This document shows, in pieces, positions 35,282 to 42,572 of a DNA stretch of 42,572 nt; the stretch's first letter is position 1; the number at the start of each line of letters is the position of its first letter. A model generated the notes under the pieces. The model searched no databases. It worked only from the letters and a program-made list of their open reading frames with translations, and was not told the origin of the DNA. Both the position numbers and the translations under genes were made by a program. Origin of the DNA: a virus (Duplodnaviria; Caudoviricetes); IMG/VR virus record IMGVR_UViG_3300037424_000238, positions 1-42,572 of that record; one strand, written 5' to 3'.

Positions 35282-38125
35282 ATGAATAACCCCGTCGCCG
35301 TCTCCCAGCCGTCATTTACCACCGGGGAGCTTTCACCGTCCCTCTACGGCCGTATCGACCTGGCCCGCTATTACACGGCGCTCAAGGCTTGTCGGAACTT
35401 CATCGTTCGGCCATACGGCGGTGTCATGAATCGCTCCGGCAGCTATTTCACGGCGGAAGTGAAAGACCATGCCCGAAAGACGCGGTTGATCGACTTTCAG
35501 GTCTCCACCACCGAGACGTATGTGCTGGAGATCGGGCACTACTACCTGCGGATTTACTTCCAAGGTGCTCCGGTCGTCCTGGATATGACGGTCTATGACT
35601 ACTGGACAAGCCCCTCCACCTACACCGTCGGGGATATCGTTCTGTTCGACAGCGTGAATTACATTTGCATCCAGACCCACACCAATGAAGGTGCCAGCTT
35701 CCACTTCCCGAGCGACCCCGAATACTGGACGGTCTACAACACCACCGAGGAGATTATCACACCCTGGAGCGAGGCGGACATCTTCGACCTCAAGGTGACT
35801 CAGAGCATCGACGTGATGACCATCTGCCATCCTGACCACCGCACCCGGCAACTCTCGCGTTTCTCGCATACCAACTGGGTTTTGAGCGAGTTCGCCAACG
35901 GCGGCGGGCCGTTCCTCGACATCAACGTCGATTCGACACTGACCCTCTACGCCTCGGGATACTCCGGGGACATCACTCTGACTGCGGCCACCGACATCTT
36001 TACCGCCTCGATGGTCGGCCAGCTCTTTTATATCGAGCAGTCCCCGGACATCTCCACGCCGCGCTGGGAAGTGCAGAAGGCGATGACGATTAACGCCATC
36101 CGTCGGGCCGGAGTGTCTTACTACCAGGCGGTGCAGTCGGGAACGACCGGCACCGTGCGCCCCTCGACCCTGGACGGAATTGAAAACGACGGCGACCCGG
36201 GGGTGGTCTGGCGCTACCTGCATTCGGGCTTCGGCATCGTGCGCATCACCGGATTCACTTCCGGGACAGTCGTTTCTGCCACCGTGCTCTCCCGCCTGCC
36301 CGACTCGACGGTCACAGGCAATATCACCCGCACCATCACCAACGTGGTGAAGGGAAACGAGGCGGTTTACGACCCCGAAGGCGGGGGGCTGATCTCCCCG
36401 GCCACCAATGCGGTGGTGACCTGCCCGGCGCACGGCTTCTCCTCCGGCGACGACGTGACGATCTCCGGGGTGCTCGCCATGACCGGTATCAACGGGGCAC
36501 ATCAGATCATCGTTGTGGATGCCAACTCGTTCGAACTCTCCGGGACCGGATCCACAACCTCAGGGGCTTACGGCGGCGGCGGTACGGCGGTCAAGACCCT
36601 GGCCGGCAGCAACACCTACAAGTGGGCGCTGGAAGCGTGGGGGGGAGATCAGGGATATCCGGCAACGACCGTCTACCATCAGCAGCGTCAAGTGTTCGGC
36701 GGGTCACTCGGACGGCCTCAGACCATATGGGAATCCCGGGTGGCGGGATACCTCGACTTCGGGCAATCCAACCCACTTCTGGACGATGACGCCATTGTCT
36801 TCAATCTCAACTCCCGGCAGGTCAACGAGATCCGCCATTTTGTGGAGATTGGCGAGCTGGTGGCCCTGACCTCCTACGGGGCCTGGAAGATTCAGAAGGA
36901 GCAGGGAAGCCCCGTTCCTCTGGTGAAGTTTCAAGCCAAGGGCGGGGCCTCTCACGTCCCCCCGGTTGTGGTGGGGGATAACGCACTGTTCGTCCAGGAC
37001 AAGGGCGGGGCGATTCGATCGCTCTCCTATTTCTTCGACTCCGACTCCTACCGGGGGAGAGATCTGACTATCACCGCCAGTCACCTGCTCTTCGGCAAGA
37101 CGGTGGTGGACTGGGCCTATCAAGAGACGCCGTTCAACTGTGTGTGGATCGTCGTCGACGACGGGCAGCTGCTGGGACTCACCTACATGCCTGATCAGGA
37201 GGTCGTCGGCTGGCACAGGCACGACACCGACGGCTTCTTCGAAAGCGTGTGCTGCCTCTCGGAAGGAGGAGAAGACGCCCTTTATGCGGTGGTACGTCGC
37301 ACCATTGACGGTCAGACCAAACGATATCTGGAGCGCTTCACCAGTCGGTTCTTTACCGACCCCCGGGATGCCGTCTTTGTCGACTCGGCCCTGACCTATG
37401 ACGGCCGCGGCGTCGGGGATGTCGGGTTCACCCTTTCTACCGCCGGCAGCTGGACCTATCAGGACACCCTGACGTTCACGACTGACGATGATTTCTTTGC
37501 CGGCGCTTCCGACGAAGGGGACATGATCGTCCTCTATGACGACGACGGCGAAGCGTTGCGGCTGACCATCATCACCTACGTCTCCGCGACCGAGGTTCTG
37601 GTTCTGCCCAATCGCACCGTTCCCGAAGAGTGCAAGACGGGGACCGCCTTCGATCTGGCCCGGGACACTTTCACCGGACTCTCTCACCTCGAGGGCAAGA
37701 CCGTCTCACTCTTCGCCGATGGCAACGTCGCGCCCTCCCAGGTGGTGACCGGTGGGCAGGTCAGCCTCCAGACCCCGGCGGTGGTGGTCCATGCGGGTCT
37801 GCCCATCGAGGCGGACCTGGAAACTCTGGACATCAACGTACAGGGTCAGACCTTACAGGATAAGTGGAAAAACATCGGGTCGGTGCAGCTGATCGTGGAG
37901 AACACCCGGGGGCTGTGGATTGGCACAGACGCTGCACATCTGTTGGAGGTCAAGCCGGAGATGAGCGGCTATTACGACAATCCGGTGACCGAGATGACCG
38001 GCCCGCTGGAGATGAACGTGCTTTCCGACTGGAGCCGTGGCGGGAGGATCTTTATTCGCCAGTCGGACCCGCTGCCGGCGACAATCCTTGCGGCGATTCC
38101 GAAAGTGGTGGTCTCCAATGGCTAA
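35282..38125 (+). CDS. Tail nozzle (tail tubular protein B-like)
   Basis: QPSFTTGELSP.LYGRIDL, GYP...HQQR..FGG, WAYQ..P, GWHRHDT, QSDPLPATILA. Confidence 0.9.
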   Translation: MNNPVAVSQPSFTTGELSPSLYGRIDLARYYTALKACRNFIVRPYGGVMNRSGSYFTAEVKDHARKTRLIDFQVSTTETYVLEIGHYYLRIYFQGAPVVLDMTVYDYWTSPSTYTVGDIVLFDSVNYICIQTHTNEGASFHFPSDPEYWTVYNTTEEIITPWSEADIFDLKVTQSIDVMTICHPDHRTRQLSRFSHTNWVLSEFANGGGPFLDINVDSTLTLYASGYSGDITLTAATDIFTASMVGQLFYIEQSPDISTPRWEVQKAMTINAIRRAGVSYYQAVQSGTTGTVRPSTLDGIENDGDPGVVWRYLHSGFGIVRITGFTSGTVVSATVLSRLPDSTVTGNITRTITNVVKGNEAVYDPEGGGLISPATNAVVTCPAHGFSSGDDVTISGVLAMTGINGAHQIIVVDANSFELSGTGSTTSGAYGGGGTAVKTLAGSNTYKWALEAWGGDQGYPATTVYHQQRQVFGGSLGRPQTIWESRVAGYLDFGQSNPLLDDDAIVFNLNSRQVNEIRHFVEIGELVALTSYGAWKIQKEQGSPVPLVKFQAKGGASHVPPVVVGDNALFVQDKGGAIRSLSYFFDSDSYRGRDLTITASHLLFGKTVVDWAYQETPFNCVWIVVDDGQLLGLTYMPDQEVVGWHRHDTDGFFESVCCLSEGGEDALYAVVRRTIDGQTKRYLERFTSRFFTDPRDAVFVDSALTYDGRGVGDVGFTLSTAGSWTYQDTLTFTTDDDFFAGASDEGDMIVLYDDDGEALRLTIITYVSATEVLVLPNRTVPEECKTGTAFDLARDTFTGLSHLEGKTVSLFADGNVAPSQVVTGGQVSLQTPAVVVHAGLPIEADLETLDINVQGQTLQDKWKNIGSVQLIVENTRGLWIGTDAAHLLEVKPEMSGYYDNPVTEMTGPLEMNVLSDWSRGGRIFIRQSDPLPATILAAIPKVVVSNG

Positions 38126-38585
38126 AGCAAAGATCGTCCAAGCGCTGCCCGAGCACATCCCGGTTATCGCCGCCAGCGTCCGAGAGGATGACCGGCGCGA
38201 GTTCGCCGCCCTATGGACAACGCCTGAACAGGCCATGAGATCCGGGCTCGCCAACTCCCCCGCGGTCTGGACTGGCCTTGTGGATGATATCCCCCTGGCC
38301 ATGTTCGGCGTCGCACCGGCCGGTTTCCTGACGCCTGAGACCGGCCGCCCCTGGATGATCGGCACCGACAGGCTGGACGAACATGCCCTGCTTTTTCTGC
38401 GTCGCTGCCGGCCCCAGGTCGCCCGGATGCTCGAGCACTTCCCGGAGTTGATCAACTACGTGGCCACCTTCAATTATGGGGCCATTGCCTGGCTGAAGTG
38501 GCTCGGCTTCCAGTTTGCGCCACAACCCGTATTGCTCGGAAAGGGTGTGCCGTTTTACCGCTTCGAATTGAGGAGGTCAGCATGA
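38118..38585 (+). CDS. GNAT-fold protein (T7 gp13 / internal virion protein A-like)
   Basis: VREDDRRE...AMFGV...PWMIGT...NYV...N..AI.WLKWLGF. Confidence 0.82.
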   Translation: MAKAKIVQALPEHIPVIAASVREDDRREFAALWTTPEQAMRSGLANSPAVWTGLVDDIPLAMFGVAPAGFLTPETGRPWMIGTDRLDEHALLFLRRCRPQVARMLEHFPELINYVATFNYGAIAWLKWLGFQFAPQPVLLGKGVPFYRFELRRSA

Positions 38586-39082
38586 ACATCGTCAAGGGCG
38601 CTGCCATCATCACCTGCAACCCTGCTATCGTCATGGCCGTTGTCGCGGTGGCCAGTGCCGCCGCGGGGGGGTACGCCACATACCAGAGCGGACAGACGCA
38701 GAAGAAAGCCGCCGAATATAACGAGAAGATGGGCGAGTACAAGGCGCTCGACGCCGCCCAGCGCGGAGCCGCCGAAGGGGCCGCCAAGCGCGACCGCGCC
38801 CGGAAGATCGCCTCTCAGCAAGCCGAGGGGATGGCCGCCGGAGGGGTGGATATCAGCTCCGGCACCCCGCTGGCGCTCTTGACCGAGACGGCCGGGCTGG
38901 GAGAGCTCGACGCCCTGACCAGCGTCAACAATGCACGGCGCGAGGCATGGGGATATCAGGCACAGGGAACTCTCGACCGGTATCAGGGCAAGATGGCCGG
39001 CCGCGGTGGTACGCTGAATGCCGGGGGAACCCTCCTTGGCGGAGCCTCAAACGCCTATTTCGGTTATAAGGCGGCGGCATGA
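38582..39082 (+). CDS. Small internal virion (ejection) protein, T7 gp14-like
   Basis: CNP followed by a hydrophobic stretch; A/G/Q-rich; AAGGVDISSGTP. Confidence 0.8.
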   Translation: MNIVKGAAIITCNPAIVMAVVAVASAAAGGYATYQSGQTQKKAAEYNEKMGEYKALDAAQRGAAEGAAKRDRARKIASQQAEGMAAGGVDISSGTPLALLTETAGLGELDALTSVNNARREAWGYQAQGTLDRYQGKMAGRGGTLNAGGTLLGGASNAYFGYKAAA

Positions 39083-39453
39083 AAAATCACCGGTTCGGGA
39101 CTCGAAGCAAAGAAAGGTTGACGGGCGTCCATCCAGATCTCGTTGCCCTCTGCTACCGCGCCCTTTTCCTGTCGCCTCACGATTTCAGCATCACCGAAGG
39201 GCTGCGGGACATTGAACGTCAAAAAAACCTGGTCGTTCAGGGCAAGTCCACCACCTTGCACAGCTACCACCTTACCGGCAAGGCAATCGATTTCGCCGTT
39301 GTCGCCGGAGGGAAATTGACGTGGGACCTTGATTTCTATCGCGATGTGGCGGCGGCGTTTCAGCAGGCGGCCAGCGAGTACGGGGTTTCAATCACCTGGG
39401 GCGGAGATTGGAAAACGTTTGTCGACGGACCGCATATTCAGATGGAGGGATAG
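39079..39453 (+). CDS. Endolysin, M15 (L-Ala-D-Glu) peptidase
   Basis: GVHPDL...ITEGLR..ERQ...S.HLTGKAID...WGGDW..F.DGPHIQ. Confidence 0.92.
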   Translation: MKNHRFGTRSKERLTGVHPDLVALCYRALFLSPHDFSITEGLRDIERQKNLVVQGKSTTLHSYHLTGKAIDFAVVAGGKLTWDLDFYRDVAAAFQQAASEYGVSITWGGDWKTFVDGPHIQMEG

Positions 39454-39457
39454 CGTG

Positions 39458-39850
39458 ATGGTTAAAGTCCAGGGACTCTTCGCACCGCTGTCCTACCGCG
39501 GCGCCCCTAAGGAGGTTCGCGACATCGCAGTCAACGGTTGCGGCACGGGAGGATGGAAGGGTGCTCTGGTTCCAGAGACGATGTGGGGCCTGGATATTCG
39601 CGAGGCATGTAACATTCACGATTGGATGTATCTGGCCGGCGAAACCATTGCTGACAAGGAAGAAGCCGACCGGGTTTTTCTGAACAACCTGCTGCGGATA
39701 ATTGAAACCGATAGCCGGTGGGAATGGCTCGCCGCCCTTCGCCGCCGCCGCGCCCTGAAATACTACGAAGCCGTCCGGGTCTTTGGTGGCCCGGCCTTCT
39801 GGAACGGCAAGAACCCGAACGGGACCATGGCCATTGCGGCCGCCAACTGA
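39458..39850 (+). CDS. Phospholipase A2-like / DUF1353-like protein
   Basis: NGCG...ACNIHDWMY...EADRVFL...YYEAVRVFG. Confidence 0.6.
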   Translation: MVKVQGLFAPLSYRGAPKEVRDIAVNGCGTGGWKGALVPETMWGLDIREACNIHDWMYLAGETIADKEEADRVFLNNLLRIIETDSRWEWLAALRRRRALKYYEAVRVFGGPAFWNGKNPNGTMAIAAAN

Positions 39851-39863
39851 AAAGGAGAGGAAC

Positions 39864-40523
39864 ATGTTCAGTCAAAAAAGCCCTTTGTGGAGTAAAACGC
39901 TGTGGACCAACCTGTTGGCGATTGTCGCCATGGCCGTGCAGTCGCAGACCGGCTACGTCATCCCCCTGGAGGCACAGACCCTGATCCTGGCCGCCGGCAA
40001 CCTCGGGCTGCGGACGATCACGAGACAGCCCCTCGACTGGAGCAAGATCAAAATCACGGGCCTCGGCTGCCTGCTCGCCCTGGCCGTCGCCAGCGTCACG
40101 GTGGCGCCCCTGCTCGGCGGCTGCGCCTTCAACGCGCTGAAGAAAAGTCCGGTTCTTACCGAACTGGCGATTCGTACCGCCGCTGGGCGGGTACTCGATC
40201 AGCATCCCGCATGGGTCGAACCGGCGCGGAAGATCTCCGCCGAGGCGATCCGGGCACTGAAGCAAGGGGATCTGGTCACCCTGGGCAACCTGCAGCCCTA
40301 CATCTTGGAAATGATCCCCTGGCAGGCGCTCACCCCCGAAGAAGAGGAACTGTTGCGGGTGCTCATTCTCGCTATCGCTACCGAGACCGCCGATTCTTTG
40401 GCCCGGCAGGGGGTCAAGGCCCCGGAGGATGCCGTGGTGCAGGTGGTCACCGTCCTCGGATGGATCAACCAGAGCGCCGAGATCCGGGCGCAACGCCCCA
40501 CGTCTCCGCTCCCGCCTTCGTGA
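39864..40523 (+). CDS. Holin-like N-terminus fused to a lipoprotein domain
   Basis: SD AGGAG. KS.LWSKTLWTN...NLGLRTIT with two hydrophobic segments, then KIK, a hydrophobic stretch and lipobox LGGC. Confidence 0.6.
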   Translation: MFSQKSPLWSKTLWTNLLAIVAMAVQSQTGYVIPLEAQTLILAAGNLGLRTITRQPLDWSKIKITGLGCLLALAVASVTVAPLLGGCAFNALKKSPVLTELAIRTAAGRVLDQHPAWVEPARKISAEAIRALKQGDLVTLGNLQPYILEMIPWQALTPEEEELLRVLILAIATETADSLARQGVKAPEDAVVQVVTVLGWINQSAEIRAQRPTSPLPPS

Positions 40524-40686
40524 CCAGAGGGATTTAACCGGTGAGGTGCCCACTGAGATACACCCCCGACCTGTTCAGCGAGGGACTATGCAACGGAGAG
40601 CTTCGCATACGATGTCAAAACACACCAAACGAGCAGATTCACTGCCCGAAATGCGGGGCCACCTGGAGCGACGGCCGCAGGCCCGA

Positions 40687-42354
40687 ATGAAGGGGCCGGC
40701 CATCATCACTACCCCGGTCGTGCCGCGGTATGAGCCGACGGAAAGAACATCCGCCCTTCAGACCCCGCGGGCACAGGGTGTGGGGGCGGATGCCTTCGGC
40801 GGGGGTCTGGCCCGGGGTGTCGGGCAGGCCGCCGGGGACTACATGGGTTATCTCAGGCAGGAGAAGGAGAAGGCCGATAGGGTAGCGGCTATTGAGTCCC
40901 GCACCGCTCTGGATCAGGTCGAAGTCGATCTGCTCTATGATCCGAACAAAGGTGCGCTTGCCGCCCGGGGGAAAGACGCCTTCGCCCTTCCTGAACCGGT
41001 TCTGCAAAAATACGGCGAGCGCACCGCCGAGATCGAGCGCAACCTCACTACTCCCGAGCAGAAGGAGACCTTCCGCCTGTTGGCACAACAGCGCCGGGTG
41101 GAGATGGACAAACAGCTTCAGCGCCACGTCTCCGGTGAAATGAAAATCTACGCCCAAGAGACGGTGAAGTCCTCGCTGGCCTCGACCCTGAACAACATTG
41201 CCACCCACTACCAGGACCCGGCGAGGCTCGAACAAGAGCGCAAGTTCGGTCTGGCCGTGCTCATGACCGACGCCGACAATCAGGGACTCCCCCCGGCGTC
41301 GGTCAAGCTCAAGGCTCAGACCTGGGAGTCGATGGTGCACAGCGCAGTGATTGACAAGATCGCCATCGACTCACCGCTGAGGGCCAAGGACTATCTGGAG
41401 GCGAACCGGGAGAACATGCTTCCGGGAGAGGTGACCAAGATTGAAGCGTCCCTGAAGCCTCTTGCCGAAGCGCAGGAGGCGCAAGCGGCCGCCGACGAGA
41501 TCTTTTATGGTGCGCCCGACGAATCAATCGACAACCTGGTCAAGACGGCCCGGGAGCGATTTGTCGGCAATCCCGATGTGGGCAAGGCCGCAGAGAATCA
41601 GATTCGCAGCCTCTACACGACGCGGAAAGAAGCCGAGCGTCAGGCGGTGACCGACGCCGAGGATACTGTCTATGGTGCCATCGCCAAGGTGAAACAGGGC
41701 GGAGGCGTCCCCACGAAGGCGGATGTGCCTCAGGCTGCATGGAACCGGCTGGCACAAGTCTCTCCGGACAGCGTCCTGAAGATCATGGACTATCTCTCCG
41801 TCAAAAAGACCACCGAAGAGACCCCCGGCCAACTGCAGAACTGGGCAAACCTGGTTTCCGATCCGCAAAGTCTCATGGCCGCCAATCTGGACGAGATCTA
41901 TGCAAAGGGTCTTCTGGCCGACGCTCGGTACATGGATTTGGTCAGGAAGAAAAAAGAGATCAAAGACGATCCCGACAAGGATGTGGCCTTGCGCACCGAG
42001 CTTCAAACGGTCGACCAGGTGCTGAAAGGTGCCAGTCTCAAAAAGGGAACGGAGAAATACACCCAGGCCATGGATTATATCGAGGGGAGAAAGAGGGCCT
42101 TCCAGATGTCCAGCGGCCGCGGCCCGACTCGCAAGGAGTTGGAGGATATCACCCGGGAGGCGCTGTATGTCTCCGGCGGAGACGACTGGAAACCCTTCAA
42201 CGAGAAACCGGCCTATCAGATGACCATCGAGGACGTTCCGAGCGCCGAACGTGAAGGCATAAGAAAGGCTCTGTCCGACCGCGGGTATCCGAGTGATGAC
42301 GCATGGGTCATTTCCAGCTATGTCCGATTCCTCAACAGCAAAGGGGCAAAATAA
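40687..42354 (+). CDS. Middle internal virion (ejection) protein; start uncertain (40588/40612/40651/40687)
   Basis: PVVPRY...AFGGGLARGV...LYDPNKGAL...GKDA; alpha-helical; precedes the giant protein. Confidence 0.72.
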   Translation: MKGPAIITTPVVPRYEPTERTSALQTPRAQGVGADAFGGGLARGVGQAAGDYMGYLRQEKEKADRVAAIESRTALDQVEVDLLYDPNKGALAARGKDAFALPEPVLQKYGERTAEIERNLTTPEQKETFRLLAQQRRVEMDKQLQRHVSGEMKIYAQETVKSSLASTLNNIATHYQDPARLEQERKFGLAVLMTDADNQGLPPASVKLKAQTWESMVHSAVIDKIAIDSPLRAKDYLEANRENMLPGEVTKIEASLKPLAEAQEAQAAADEIFYGAPDESIDNLVKTARERFVGNPDVGKAAENQIRSLYTTRKEAERQAVTDAEDTVYGAIAKVKQGGGVPTKADVPQAAWNRLAQVSPDSVLKIMDYLSVKKTTEETPGQLQNWANLVSDPQSLMAANLDEIYAKGLLADARYMDLVRKKKEIKDDPDKDVALRTELQTVDQVLKGASLKKGTEKYTQAMDYIEGRKRAFQMSSGRGPTRKELEDITREALYVSGGDDWKPFNEKPAYQMTIEDVPSAEREGIRKALSDRGYPSDDAWVISSYVRFLNSKGAK

Positions 42355-42572
42355 TGGGTTTCAATGAGGACTTCGGAGCATTCCTTGACGAGGACCGGAA
42401 AACGACCCTGGGGACGGCGCTCTATTCGGCGGCGGATGTCAATGCTGATCAGGAATCTGGCCTGCACAAGATCGCGAAACGGACAGGCGTTCCGGTGGAG
42501 GCCCTGCGGCTGGACAATGGCGCCGAAGCTCTCCGCCGGGAAGCGGCCGGCCGGGCCGAAACTCTCATAGCG
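42354..42572 (+). CDS. N-terminus of the giant ejection protein, continuing at the window start
   Basis: ATG overlaps the TAA of the previous gene and is in frame with 114..6818 across the overlap. Confidence 0.85.
   Translation, partial: MGFNEDFGAFLDEDRKTTLGTALYSAADVNADQESGLHKIAKRTGVPVEALRLDNGAEALRREAAGRAETLIA
42382..42572. repeat. Terminal direct repeat / circularisation overlap, right copy
   Basis: Matches 1-191 at 189 of 191 positions. Confidence 0.97.

Noticed and set aside
1-42572. tRNA or rRNA genes, IS elements
   Set aside because: None were recognisable by eye and intergenic space is minimal. tRNAscan was not run, so a small RNA could have been missed.

Overview
This window is a complete, circular or circularly permuted genome of a GC-rich tailed phage, 42,381 bp long with a 191-bp terminal overlap (1-191 = 42382-42572, two synonymous differences). 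Every credible gene is on the + strand. The virion module resembles BPP-1/epsilon15-type podoviruses: P22 gp3-like TerS, TerL, portal, scaffold, capsid, cement protein, adaptor, nozzle, ejection proteins, tail-fibre adaptor and a beta-helix tailspike. The early module is lambdoid-style: RHH regulator, ERF annealing protein, YqaJ exonuclease, NinB, RusA, an SNF2-methylase fusion, DUF5131, an O-like initiator and DnaB. The main surprise is a phage-resident integron at 21511-26768 that the ORF track misses. It has nine attC sites that are canonical on the minus strand, nine cassettes, an attI-position site and an internally deleted integron integrase. All nine cassette genes point toward intI, co-directional with the phage early operon and opposite to normal integrons. 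Each attC therefore sits in its gene's 5' leader, and the stop codon usually forms the crossover. Other notable signals are a GGDEF (SGDEF) domain plus an HExxH peptidase inside the giant ejection protein, and a shared N-terminal A-[IV]-[IL]-T-[TC] leader on five virion proteins. There are also signal-peptide-like leaders on the cement and tailspike proteins, an EcoHK31I-style two-frame C5 methyltransferase, and a lysis cluster with a PLA2-like protein and a holin-lipoprotein fusion. Product calls come from motif recognition by eye, with no database searches. The host cannot be determined from this sequence.
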